Below, one piece after another: positions 1-12,305 of a DNA stretch of 64,000 nt. This DNA comes from Harriotta raleighana. Lineage: Eukaryota. The position numbers were made by a program, and so were the translations under genes. The first letter of the stretch is position 1; every line of letters starts with the position of its first letter. The stretch is taken from positions 3,157,098-3,221,097 of the forward strand of contig JBNZDD010013718.1 in the NCBI GenBank assembly GCA_050575255.1. The letters run 5' to 3'. Below the pieces are notes generated by a model. The model ran no database searches. It saw nothing but the letters and a program-made list of their open reading frames with translations, and had not been told where the DNA came from.

Positions 1-400
1 TGTGGAGGAGAGGGTGTTGTGGAGGAGGGTGAGGGCAGAAGTGGGGTCAGTGAGGGATGAGGGCCAGAGGGAGAGGAGTTCAGAGGACTCCAAGGCAGCG
101 GTCAAGGAATGTGGGGGTAGCTTTTTCCAGGGGCGATAGAAGATGGTGGTGGGTCTGGTGGAAGTGGGAAGAGGTGTGGAGGTTAAGATAGAGATGAAAT
201 GATGGTCGGAGATAGCCTTGTCAGTAATGGTGACATCCGAGACATTGAGGTCCCGGGTGATCACCAGGTCGAGTGGGTGGCCGTGGACATGAGTGGCGGA
301 GTTGATGTGGAGGGAGAGGTTGAGCGAGGAGAGGAGGGAGGAAAAGTCAGAGGAGGTGGAGCAGGAGGGGGTGAAGTGCAGGTTGAAGACTCAGAGAGCT
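1..400 (-). mobile_element. L2-clade LINE fragment, end of the ORF2 apurinic-like endonuclease domain (continues beyond the window start)
   Basis: Minus strand translates as ...SLLSSLNLSLHINSATHVHGHPLDLVITRDLNVSDVTITDKAISDHHFISI...FYRPWKKL, containing the THxxGHxLDLV and SDH motifs of L2/CR1 endonucleases. Pyrimidine-rich sense strand is typical of L2. Confidence 0.9.
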
Positions 401-1723
401 AAATAGATTAAATATTAATTCATTGTGTTAAAGGAGAAATAATTTTAAAATATAGTTAAAATAACTTAATCATATTCAAATTGCCAAGGATACTTTTATA
501 ATAATGCATACAAAATACACAGACACTGCAGTCACTAGAATATATGAGGTGAAGCACTTTGAGTTATCCTCCTAGTGTGAAAGTTGCTATACCCATATAC
601 CCAATACAAAGAATATAATCAAGCATAGAAATCAAAGAGGTTCCACTGGTGCTCAGCATACTGAACTTGGTGTTAATGAATAATAATGTTAACAGCAATT
701 TCAGAGAATGGCACATTAGATCAGACACAAGATTTTCAGAAAATATTCTGAAAATTAGTCAGGTGTAATAATAATAAGAGCAACATACGGTTTATAAATA
801 TAGGAATTCATTTAAACAGAACTGCAGAGATATAGATTTGTAATTTGAATGGCACTTCTGAACAAAAGCAATCTGCATACTTGTGTAGGAAAATAGACTA
901 TCCACATCTAGCAGTGAAAATACAGCAGTCGGTTTGCTAAAATGTGCTGCTTAAGAAGAATAGAATCACAACAGGCTCTTTATTTCACAGTATGCTCCAT
1001 TTACAAATCTGCTGTGATCATAAAATAGAATTGTTGGGGTTTATAGCTCCACAGGGTAGTGTAGTTTCACGGTTAAAACTTTTTAAAAAAACGTCCTGTG
1101 TATTAAAAAGCAGGAGGCAGATGAGTATCTTTTCTTCCCACTTTAATTGCACCACTAGATCAAATGAATGCTGTAGTTAGAAATGAAGATAAGGTCAACA
1201 CTGCATAGTCCATATTCCTTTTATTTAGTTTGAGTTGTATTTCTTTGCAAAAATGAACTAATGAAGGTCATAGTCTAGAATGGTTCAACAGATTTGGCTG
1301 AACTCGATCAACTTAACAAATTATGGAGGCAGACCATCAAGAAATGGTTTCAATCCAGAAATCCACATTTATCCAAATATTAGGCTGAATCCACTGGAAA
1401 CTGAATGGTGCTATGTTCAGGGTTGGACAAGTTTGGATTTTGCTTTCAGTTGAAATGGTAACATAAGGCGTATCTAAGTTTTGCCTTTGCCATTGGCCTC
1501 AAGGGTGGAATATTAATTGCTGTAGTTTTAATTTAGTTTGAATGAACAAACCTTGCAAATCATAAGACCTCCACGAATCTTTATATGTATGGGTTTTGTA
1601 AATGCTTATTCTGCTCTGATTGTTGTTTCAAAACTTTCAGATACACCAAGTACTTTCAGATACGCCAAGGCAGCAGAGCAACAGGGCAGAAGTTCAGCGT
1701 TGCTAAGGGTAATTGATGACTGG

Positions 1724-1788
1724 AACAACAATAACAACTTATTTACAAAGTGGCTTTCATGTAGGATATCATCTCAGGGCACTTAACA
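1724..1788 (-). mobile_element. Degenerate L2-type 3' tail
   Basis: aacaacaataacaacttatttacaaagtggctttcatgtagg resembles the reverse complement of the GAAAGGCGCTATATAAAT-(TTG)n tail seen in other copies in this window. Confidence 0.45.
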
Positions 1789-1799
1789 GGTGAATTGAG

Positions 1800-1951
1800 G
1801 ATAGTTGGACAAGGACAGTTGAGGCCAACTCTCTAGACTGTTTTAATAAATAACTCAAAATTTTATTGGAAGCAGTGTATGGTGAGTGTTTTGGAAAATG
1901 AGATCAAATCGGCCAAAGGTCGTCCTGAGCCTAATGTGTTCTGATCATATT
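1800..1951 (+). mobile_element. Old CR1-type LINE 3' end
   Basis: Shares the block tgagatcaaatcggccaaaggtcgtcct...tgttctgatc with copies at ~13.75 kb, ~19.1 kb and the coding-linked copy at 60.3-60.7 kb. Confidence 0.5.
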
Positions 1952-2116
1952 TCCTAAACTTTCTCTGAAGTCTATGTCCTATATCACATCTATTTAGTTC
2001 TGAAAACTACATGTTATTGGTGCAATCAAATATGATGATTAGTTGGAAGTGTCTCAAATCTTGTGCTTTCTGTCAGGAACTGACGTAAAAGAAATCAATG
2101 AATAAAAATCAAAATA

Positions 2117-2235
2117 TTTGCCCACAAATATACAGTCAATTCACTTTAGAGTATATTCTGTGAAGCGCTTTGAGACACTCAGAAGAAGTGAAAAGTGCTA
2201 TGTCAAAATGCAAGAAATAGGCAAGGATTAATAAT
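2117..2235 (+). mobile_element. Deu-SINE 3' fragment with L2-derived tail
   Basis: cccacaaatatacagtcaattcactttagagtatattctgtgaagcgctttgagacactcagaagaagtgaaaagtgcta aligns by eye with copies at 23.4, 27.8 and 31.0 kb. Confidence 0.8.
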
Positions 2236-3439
2236 ATTTTAGTTATCGGCGATAAACCTCTTTAATTATGCCAGGAGTCTCATCCCAAATTTAATTTCAC
2301 AATTTAGCCACATTCTGATATAGGAAATATGACAGAAACACATTAACATTCTAGTTTTAACTAAAAAAGATTTTACTTAACACAAAAGCAAAGCCTATAT
2401 CACTATAGACCTGCTGAAGAGACAATAACACCATGAAGAAAATGGTGATGAAACCCAGACCCCCAAAAAATGATGTTTCACAAATATTGCATGGAACTGT
2501 TACTTTCACATAAACACTAGTGTTCAAAGGAGTAGGACATGCTTCACTGTGAACATAAAAAAGGTCAGGCCCTTTGGGAAAGCTGGTTAAAATGCATTAG
2601 CAAAGTCTTTCAGATGTACATTCCTGGAAGTGCTAGTGCTCCAAAGGAAACCTAATGTGGGACACCGCAAAAGTGGGTTCGTGTTGGCATAAGTAACATG
2701 TGCTACTGAATGTTTTGCTGTCGAATGAAGTCTGCTTTAAACTCTTTCAATGTCCAGCCGGCAATTGCTACTCAAAATCAACGAGAATATGTACAGAGAG
2801 TCATGGCTGAAAGCTTTAAATAGATGAGGAATTTTCCAACAAGACCTGCTCCAAACAGTTGAATAATATATTGCAACCTAGTGAATGTATTTTGCTGAAA
2901 AGATACCTTCTGACAACATTAAAGTTGTTATTGTTGAGAGGCGCTGAGCAACTATTAACCACTATCCAATTAGTGGTTAAGTGTTTAGTCCTGACCCACA
3001 ACTAAAAAACACATGACTAAATTAAATTTCCCCCTTTCCTCTCAAAATACAAGGATTTATTATTGCAGCAGTGTATTATATCATGACTGAGCTGATAATT
3101 ACAATGCAGAAAGCATTCAAAGTATTAATTTAACTTTACTGTTATTTTCCCAATGATTCAAATGGCAATGCTCCTTATTGACAATTGGGGTAATGGTAAA
3201 AAAAATTAAATGAATTTATGCAACTAAAAGACAGACAGCAAAGTATATGATTAGAATGTTTTATTGCTTTTGAAATATTTTATCAAGCTGCTGAGAAACA
3301 CAATTAGCATTGTTTTTAAATGTCTGTAAAGTCATAAATATTTTACTTCAGCAATACTATGATTCCAGCAATGATCTTGGGAACAAGTATCAGAGTAACA
3401 TCTATATCCTTTTCACAAATTCCCACTGTTACTTTGTGC

Positions 3440-3715
3440 TGCTGCAACAACTAAACTTAAGCTTTGTAATTGCAGAGCGCAGGGTCAAACGCTTCCATGA
3501 TGGTTTGACCCATCAAGGTTATCATTTCCAAGCGGTATTTTTTCCTTTCTTACAAAGTCAATTGTTTAGTAATCTAGAAACATTTACTTGAATGGTGAGA
3601 AAAAAAAGCACAGATCAGGTAATTGATATTCGAGGACGCGTTTACAGCCTTTAGAAACCAGTCGGCTTTAACCCCAAGAAAGGACAGGCTGAATAAAGTG
3701 TTTGAAATATCGTCT
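3440..3715. promoter_or_regulatory. Candidate conserved non-coding element
   Basis: Repeat-free and locally CpG-retaining. Contains a perfect 9-bp inverted repeat GGGTCAAAC (3482-3490) / GTTTGACCC (3503-3511) carrying two nuclear-receptor-type GGGTCA half-sites. Conservation not tested. Confidence 0.25.
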
Positions 3716-3949
3716 TTTTTTTGATAGCTTTGAAATATGAGATACATTGGCTAAGCAAAAGGAAATTGAGGGAGTACTGTTTCTTTGTGTTGATAGAAGC
3801 AGCAAAAGAGAAGCAACATTAGATTCTCAATTGCCTTATGGTTAAAAAACATAACTTCATTGGGGTATGCTAATCTGGTAACTGTAACTAGATTATATTA
3901 AATCCACAATAGTTGAAACTTCTGTCACTTTTACATTATTTTCTTCATC

Positions 3950-4255
3950 GTTTTCTCCCACCAAATTCTCCAGAATGATTGAACTGTTTTTCACTTCTAA
4001 TGAGATAAGGTCCCACTTGTGTTAAGATCTATTCTACTTCCTCCCCTCCACCATGTAGCCATTATTTATGTACGTACTTCACAGTTTTTGTGGTGAGTTT
4101 TGTGGTCTAGAAGAGGATAATGCAGCCAAACCTATCCTTGTGTTCACATCATTCATCTCCAGCAGACTGGATATCGATCACAAACCAGATCCCATGCTTG
4201 ATTTTTCCAAACCTATTCTGTAATATTATATTTTTCACCCTGCAGCTAAAGATTA
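3950..4255 (-). mobile_element. Ancient SINE, AmnSINE2-like
   Basis: ccatgtagccattatttatgt...tccagcagactggatatcgatcacaaaccagatcccatgcttgatttttcc matches the reverse complement of blocks shared with copies at 5.8, 36.3 and 47.2 kb. Family name is from memory of the consensus. Confidence 0.55.
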
Positions 4256-4774
4256 CAAAATAACATAAGAAAACACGGCACAGGAAATGGCTATTTGGCT
4301 CATTCCTTCCACTGAACACATTCAATCGCTCCTATCGTGGACTCTTATCTGATCTATTCAATTTCCAGAGGAAACATCATATAGAAGTACACCCTTTCGA
4401 ATGAGTTATATACAGGGTTTGATAACCTTTTTTGAAATACTGCCTGACCTAACCTGCAATGGACCAGTGGGAAGGACTCTGAGCTTGTCAATGTGATGCT
4501 TCCTAACTCAGTACATCAGGAAGCCAGCCAACAAGGAGTAGTTCTCTCCCAGACATGGTTGTTGTGGACAATCCAGATACTATTCCTGGATTGTCTGAAT
4601 TGCTGACAATAGTCAGCCTAACACAGTAACATTCAATTTCACCCCCTGAAATATCACAATCATCTTGCCGTACACATCTTGTGTTCAACTTTCAACAGCA
4701 GCTTTCCAAGAGTACGGGGTTGAGTTCAGAAACAGAGATTGGGAAGTGATACATGAGTATAATTCTTTCCCAGA

Positions 4775-5068
4775 TAAATAATGATAATCCTTGCATTTCG
4801 TAGAGTACTTTATCACATTGTCGAAACATTTTAAAATGTATCGCAGGATATACTGTATAGTGTATTGACTGTGTTAATTGTTGGCAAAACGCAACAGCCA
4901 GTTGCCCACAGAAATGTCATGGACACAGCCATGATGTTAGTGACCAATTTTCGTTTGTGGGGTTTGTTGGCCCGGACATCAGGTAAAACTCCCTTCTCTT
5001 TTTAAATTATGCTGTGGGATCTTTAACATCCATCTGGACAGGCAGATGGGACCTAGGTTTAACATCTA
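4775..5068 (-). mobile_element. Deu-domain SINE (5'-truncated) with (ATT)n tail
   Basis: Contains gggatctttaacatccatctggacaggcagatgggacctaggtttaacatct (reverse complement of the Deu core) and the ataatccttgcattt tail. Confidence 0.85.
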
Positions 5069-5804
5069 ATTTCTGTGTAATAATGTCTGCATTTAGGGAG
5101 TGAAGGCAAGAGGTGAGGGAGAGTAAACTGTAGGCAATGCACCTATTTCTACGGAATTAATAACCGATAAACCAGGACAAATCTGCTCAAAAGCATGGAC
5201 AGAAGGGAAAAAAAGACCTGACTGACATCTTGAAATGGGAGAGGAGAACATCAGAGGAGAAAATGAAACAAAACAAAAATCGCAGGCAGTCAAACAACCC
5301 ATTAAGAAATGACTACATAAACAAATGCAGTAATTATGTATTTCAAACATTGACTCGCTTGTTTCGCACAAAATTAGTAACTTAGTTGTACAAAGAATGA
5401 GCAAGTGCGAGAAATCTTGGCTATAAATCAAAGTAATTGATGATGCCGTTATTTCTGATATGATAGAATTTGCTGGATGTTTTCAATGAAAATAAGTACT
5501 CTGCATTAAAATTGGGGCATATTGCCATTGAAGATTTACAATATTTACTGCCAGTGGAGTGGATTCATGTGCAGAAGTATATTTACAGTTGGCCCATTGC
5601 TTTTAAATTTCCCTTCCCTCACCCTCACACCTCCCCACTCCCTGACACCTTCCCTCTCTTGGCCACTTCTCACCTACAACAAGACCATCACACCAAGTTG
5701 AATTGTTCATTTTAGCTGTGAAGCTCAACACACTTCTCCTTTACGCATTCGGATACTTCGCAAATCCCAAACTTAGCTTTACCAATATCTCCATATGTTT
5801 ATCC

Positions 5805-6121
5805 GGTGATTAGCTGCGCCATCCGAACTGGAACGAACCTAGATGCAATCATTGGCCTATATAAATTAGTTGATTTCAGATAGAGTGGCTCCTAATCTCT
5901 AACAGGACACTAATCTCCAATAGGTCACCCCTCTATAGGTACACTTGTGTGAATGCCTGGTGGTGAGAAGACGTGGTTTTGAATAACCTCTCAAGTCTAA
6001 TCCAATGACTAATGTCCAATTGGCCAAGGTGATCCAAAGGAAACTTGCACCCTTAGAAATGCACCCCAATAGAAAAAAAAATAGTCCTTCAGAACAGGAG
6101 GGAATTTGTTGGAGGAAAATT
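5805..6121 (+). mobile_element. Ancient SINE, AmnSINE2-like
   Basis: Colinear blocks gctcctaatctct / gtcacccctc / ggtgagaagac / aatgtccaattggccaaggt / ccttcagaacaggaggga...aaaatt, as in the 36.3 and 47.2 kb copies. Confidence 0.45.
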
Positions 6122-6380
6122 ATACCTCTATCCCCTCAACACTACTGGAATAAATTTTTTATTCTCTTTACATGAAAAAAACTTTTTTATTAAAAAGAGG
6201 AAAACCTACATACTGTATGATAACTTATTTCTTTCACCTCAGCTTTCCCAGATGGAGGTTGTCTCTGTTTGATCAAAGCTCTCAAAAAATGTCTATTTTC
6301 CAGTGTGAACTGTCAGCATAACTGTAGCCTGACATTATCCAGAGATCCTTTTGCTCACCAACCTGTAGCACTTAAGTTTA

Positions 6381-6466
6381 TAATAATATTAATAATAATA
6401 ATAGTCCTTCCATTTGATATAGTGCTCTTCCCTTCTTCTAGACGTCTCAACACGCTTCACAGAATT
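6381..6466 (-). mobile_element. SINE 3' tail fragment
   Basis: (AAT)n followed by ccttccatttgatatagtgctcttcccttcttctagacgtctcaacacgcttcacagaat, the reverse complement of the SINE tail. Confidence 0.8.
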
Positions 6467-6996
6467 CCAGACGAGTTCAAATTGTTTTTTATCTGTCCAC
6501 CTGAAGCGATTCAGTCCAGATCACTTTCACAGATCACTTAGAAAATTGATTTCTTCCCTCAGGACGTTAACATATTGTTGATTCTTTATTCACCACAAAG
6601 ATGTCATCAGCTCATTTGGTGTTACCACAGACTCAGCATGGATGTTAAAGGCTTCATTATAGTTTCCTTTATAATTTTCTTTTCCTTTCATTATTCCAGG
6701 AACTTCATTTTCTAAGGAATAGTTTATCTGCTCATGTTCATTCTGTACCACATTGACTCCCATATTACTGGAAATCAACCAGCTGGATGACTTCCACCTG
6801 TCGAGTCCAGCCTCTTTTCTGGACAACTTAATTTCTCTGTATACTTATACCGTGCACACAATTCAAATTTCTCCCTTCCTTAGCTTGAGGTTCCATTTGC
6901 CTCTTACCTTGTCTTTACCTGACCACTGGACGACTTCCGCACATCTGACAATGCAACACACCCCTAGCATTGCATTGTGTTTGACTGTTAGCATAT

Positions 6997-7070
6997 AATA
7001 CAATACAATACAATACAAAATTACATCTGTATTGTGCCTTTTACATCAGGAGGACATCCCAAGGCACTGG
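6997..7070 (-). mobile_element. Tail-only L2 fragment with (TTGTA)n end
   Basis: (CAATA)n-aaaattacatctgtattgtgccttttacatcaggaggacatcccaaggcactg. Confidence 0.75.
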
Positions 7071-8379
7071 ACTATGTAGAGGCTCCAACGAATTCCACCA
7101 TCACACCATTTTAATTATTTCAGTTAATAATAAATGAGCGAAGACATTATGCTCGAAACCCAATCCTACATGGAAGCACTATATGAGTGAACATTATTGT
7201 TCAATACATAGATCTCTGCTGGTCCATAATTGCTACCTTTCTGCACAAAGTTACAATATCAGATGCAAGGAGTCACACACGTCTGTTGTCTTCTGTTCCC
7301 AACAATGCTGCTAAGACAATCGTTACTAGCTCTCTACCTTGAGTAATGCAGATATTAGTATCTTCGTAACTTTCCGCAGATATAATGAACCAACGACTGT
7401 AACTATATAACTATATAACAGAAAGGGTAATGTAGATCAATTTTTTAAAATCACTGAATCCAGGTGGGGCTGACACACTGCCAGGATTTGGAGTGTAAAT
7501 TGTTGGCTTCTCATACTACAGCTTGCTTTTCTTTAGAAGTTAGGTGTCAATTGCATTTTATAATTATTCATACTTAAAAAACAAAAGGTATCTTTCCCTT
7601 TATACACTTGCCATTCAGCTGCGTTCCCTTGAACTGCTTCACAGCTCATTACCACACTTTAGTAGTCAGGTTTCAAAACATTGTAGATTGTGTCCTTTAC
7701 AGTGAGAAAGCAAACTGACTTGAGGACTTAGTGCTGTTAGCACACAGGTCCCAGGCTAATGTCTGCACTTGTGCAGATCTGAAACAAAGTGCAAACTAGA
7801 ATTTACAAAGACTCGTTCGGGATGGGCAGGGGAGGGTTCACCTTTTCATATATTCATAGTATAAAGAACTCTATAAACTATCAATAATTACCCATTATAG
7901 GTTACAAAACAAATATATTCTGATCTTTTATTCATTCCTCTATCCTTGCGCATTGTAAATCGAAGATAGGAGAATTAAATTACATATTTTTAACATATTT
8001 GCCAGGATCCTCAAAGTAACTTTGAAGTTTTCAGGCTTAAATCCCTTGAAGTATCACTCATGAAAAATCCCACGAGACAACCATTTCACAGACTATTTAT
8101 TTATTAATGTCTAGATATAACGCTGCTGACCTTTCAAAATGGTCAGTTAATTAGTATTGTAGACATTAATAACTGACTGACAGTTTACACTACAGATAGA
8201 AAGTAGGGGTGGGGAGTGGGGGGTGGTTAGAGGAGGAGGCAAATCATCACAGAACAGAAAGAGTTAATGCTTGCAGAAGTGCTATGTAAAGCAAAGTAAA
8301 GGGACCAAGAAGCAAGAGATGAGAGCATGCACATAATAAGTGCCAAGTTTTATTTCCTAATAGGCAGGGAAACAATAAT

Positions 8380-8880
8380 TCCACTGCCACTGATACAATT
8401 TGATTAAATTGGCTTTGATGGTTTAGGGTGAAGTAATATGATTAAATGTCTAACACCAGGCTTTAGCCTGTGTGATGGACAGGTTGGTTTACAGAGTTTT
8501 GAACCCTGGGTTGAGAGCAGCCTTAATGTCAGGACGCCTAATCCCTTTACAGCCTGTCATACCTCACGGAAAAGGTTCCTCTTATTAATTTCGCCGACTA
8601 GTACTCACTTAGCATTTGCTTTCCAGATAATTGACAGCAAAGGTGACGTGCGGTGTAAGGGACATTGTAAATCAGAAATAATTTCAAAATTGCCTGACTC
8701 TCGAATCGTTGGATAAGCATATATATGTAAAAATATCTTTATTAGGGCTGACAGGAACAGCAAATGTCATCTGAGTATTTCATAATGTACCAGACAAGAT
8801 TAATTTTGTCTCCGATTGTCAGGAGATTCAGTATTTTGTTGCATAGCCTGACACGTCTATCCACATGGGCCCATGTAAAT
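8380..8880. promoter_or_regulatory. Candidate developmental enhancer (TALE/homeodomain motif cluster)
   Basis: TGATGGACAG 8473-8482 (one mismatch to the Pbx-Meis/Prep TGATTGACAG motif), Meis-type TGACAG/CTGTCA at 8554, 8632 and 8749, TTGTCA at 8816, TAATCC at 8539. No recognisable repeats, CpGs retained. Confidence 0.45.
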
Positions 8881-10649
8881 TTTGGACAATTTGGCTTGTA
8901 TAATTTATGAGCATTCTTGCTATCGAAAAAAGGTCAAGTATGTACTATTCCAGTTTTTCCTTATCAAAGATCAACTTGAAACTAGCAGGTGATGTTTTTT
9001 TTTTGCCTTTTTGCCTTCCTGTGTGCCTGTGTGAAAGCTATCTTTCACAACATCTCATTTACAATAAAATATGTAGCTACTGTCTTTAGGCCTGTAGTAA
9101 CTTTAGTGTGTTCTCAGGCACTTATAAGACTGGAGAGGTGGGAAAAGATAGAATAAAAAAGAAGCTTGCTACTTTCTCTTTGGAGAGCTGTTTTAAAATT
9201 AAAACCCAGACTGGAAGTCAATATTTGCAAAACATATTGATCTGTTTGGCTTATTATTTTACCGTTCTGCTAATGAATGTGGGTATGAGGTCAAAGATTT
9301 TATGAGACTTTGACCACATTACGTACATGAGGAGTAATGCATTGGGGGTGAAAATGCTAGGAGCGAACATTTGACAGATTTAAATGTGTCAAACACAAGT
9401 CAATCACAAAAAGAATAAGGAATTTGTTCCTGGCAAATTCATAGTGATTGGGATAGTTGAAGTGATAAAGTGACATTATCGTATCTGTCATATTGCAAAT
9501 ATCAGTAAAAGTGTCTGACTCGAGACTCCAGAGTAATGGCACTTTCCCTTTAAATGAACACTAGGAGAACTGCTGAGAAGAAGTAGGAATTAGAGAAGTG
9601 ATGGTGGAGGAGGGCGGTGAACACAGAAAACATTAAAGCTATTATATCCTCATTGTTTTTGTAGGAAAGTACTTCCAAAACAACTTGAACTTGAAAAGAT
9701 AAGTCAACCCCAAATTCCTTCTAATTACCGAGAAAATTAAAAATCTACTTTCAATCTCATCTAATTACCGAGGTAGAATGAAGCAAAGTTTACTTGTTTG
9801 TCTTTAAAGCTCTTTAAAGCCATCTGGACTGGATCAGAGGCTCAAATCTAATCCCCTGTCTACTTGACTTTTGGAATTGGTCCAAAACATCAAGCAGAAG
9901 TTCTTCAGCATCATCCAGAGACCTTCTTGAGGGCCTAAAAGATACCAACAGAAAACATGGACCTTTCACTTTGTGATGCTTGTCGCAATACAATATCAAC
10001 TGTAAAGACATTTGCTACAACTGTGCATATTTGCACATAATGCCTATTTTTCAGATAGATACAGTATTGCTAAAAGTGAATGAAGCAACCAACTCTGTTC
10101 TCTCTCTCTTTCTCTCCCTGAATTTTTAAGATTCAAGGAATTGGTTCAGTGCCAATTTGAGACGTCTGTGTAACTGGACCTTCCCCGCATAGATGGATTG
10201 AACAGGAATCAGCTCTGTGCCCTTCTCCTGCAAGAATATAGGTGGGTGAGAGAAGTGCAAGGCTTTTTGCCAAGCCCATATGGCTCAAGGTAAAAAGTTC
10301 AGTAAACTTTTTGTTCTTATGTCTCTAACTTCAGGAATTGGTAGCTAACTGTCTTAGTGAAGATTACTTTGCAAAAGTAATTGGAATTAAAAAGTGGGAT
10401 TGAGTAACTTTAATACACTGGTATAGTCAATAAATGACAAAACTTTGTGTATTGCAAACTTTATCATAAAACCTTTATATTGTATTTGCATGAGACATAG
10501 CATTGCATTTTTCCAGATTAGTGGCTTCTGTGGTGAAATATGCAAACCTATACTATTGTTGGGTGAATACAGTATAAAGCAAATAGTTCATTAAGGAAAT
10601 TTTATACAAGTACTCGTGCAATATATATGTTTTAATGACATTTGGACTA

Positions 10650-11015
10650 CTCACAATTCCAACAGGATGTTTTAAGTGAGTACAGGTTTTACAGGACTGG
10701 AATAAACAGTTTATGCATTGCCATTGTTTCAAGAACGGTCTAATGTTTGGCAATTATGGGAATCTGATTTATGCAAATATTTATTTAAACTTGAGTTCAA
10801 TCCACATACTTTATATTGGGAAAACAGCCAGGTTAATAGCTTCAAATGAAACTGATATGAATCTTTTGTATCCATCAATACACTACAAACAATGCAGCAG
10901 TCAATTAGAAAAACACTTTATTGAAAAGGACTGTCAGATTTTTCAATGCATTAAAATAACCAAGTTGCTTAACCTGTTAATTATGTGTTTTATATATACG
11001 CAGAACAAAATATAG
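10650..11015 (+). mobile_element. Decayed Penelope-like element, GIY-YIG endonuclease region
   Basis: ORF 10713-11015 contains NIY-x9-YIGKTAR...SIHYKQCSSQLEKHF, matching the Penelope pattern VxY-x9-YIGKTxR...SIxxKxxxSxVAxHF. Upstream PTGCFK* resembles the start of the Cys-rich linker. The catalytic R..EH segment is not preserved. Confidence 0.5.
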
Positions 11016-11772
11016 TCAGGGTGAATATGTGAATGGGATTCTTTTACATAATCCACCAATGTTATTAGAAAGTAAATCTAATCCTAAAAATCCTCATTAG
11101 ATTAATCCGTCACTCTCTTGTTACCTGGAGCAAACTACTGTTGTGTAAGAGCTTGTTTTCAAGGCACTTTTTGAAAACTGAGAAAGAATGCAAATAATTT
11201 TAAGAGGAATTAATGTTAACCTTTTCCCATGCCAATGAATTTCCACTACACTACATAGACTGCAACCACTATAGGTACCATATTGCGCACTCATTTACCA
11301 TTTCCTGAGCAGTAAATTCAAGTTCAATAGATGGAATTGCTTTTGTTGCTGTACAATTGTAATTTTGTTGTTGTTGTATTCATAGTTGATTAGGAATTGG
11401 GTTCATTCTTAAAAAAAAGCACTGGAATATTATAAAACTTTTGTTGCAAACAAATTTCAATTTTGCTACTTTAGCAAAGTTGTAAAACAATAAGTTTACA
11501 AATCAAACCATAAATTCAAAAAGCTATTATTTTACTTTTAAATAGGTGCCCTACTCTCAATACAGTATATCAGATGTGAACACCTATCTCTCTAATTTCC
11601 TTTGGATGCAATGCTTTTGTTTTTGGCTGAGTAACATTCTGTACAAAGAACAAGCAACTGATTCTAATAAGGATTTATAAACAATCCGAAGAATTTTTTC
11701 ATGGAAGATTGATAAAAATTGTGGCCTAACATTCCACCTAGTTTTAGCCCATTTGATCATTTTGCCTTAAAA

Positions 11773-12305
11773 AATCATAGAATCATAGAATTTTACAGCA
11801 CAAAAGGCCATTCAGCCCATTGTGTCTGTGCTGGCTTGTTGAAAAGAGCTATTCAAAGTCAATCTCACTCCCCAGTTCTCTCCCCATAACCCTGCGAACT
11901 TGTGCTCCCCAAATCATCATCCGCCTCTCTTTTAAAAGTTATTATCAAATTGTTCTCCACCACCCTTTCAGGCAATGCATTTCAGATTCGAACAATCTAT
12001 ATGAAAAACATTCTCCTCATCTCTCCTCAGCTTCTTTTCGAAACTATTTTAATCCTGTGTCCTTGAGTCACTGACACACCCACCAGTGGAAACAGTTTTT
12101 TCCTGTTTACCCTATTGAATCCCCTCATGATTTTGAAACCTCTATTAGGTCTCCTCGTAACCTTCTCTGCTCCAATGAGAATAATCCTTGCATCTCCAGC
12201 CTTTTCTCATAACCAAAGTCCCTCATTTCTGGTAGCATCCTGGTAAATCTCCTCTGCACCCTTTCCAATGCCTTAACATCCTTCCTAAACACCATTCCAC
12301 AGAAT
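11773..12305 (-). mobile_element. CR1 LINE 3' end (ORF2 C-terminus, 3' UTR and tail)
   Basis: Minus strand reads FRKDVKALERVQRRFTRMLPEMRDFGYEKRLEMQGLFSLEQRRLRGDLIEV...TQGHRIKI...NALPERVVE...FKRE with frameshifts/stops and ends in the CR1 (ATTCTATG)n tail (aatcatagaatcatagaat on +). Confidence 0.95.

Noticed and set aside
199-402. G/E/V-rich 67-aa ORF on +
   Set aside because: It is the antisense reading of the L2 endonuclease fragment.
9720-9772. 13-bp direct repeat TCTAATTACCGAG, 40 bp apart
   Set aside because: Only two units with no element between them. Compatible with a small local duplication, not a CRISPR-like array.
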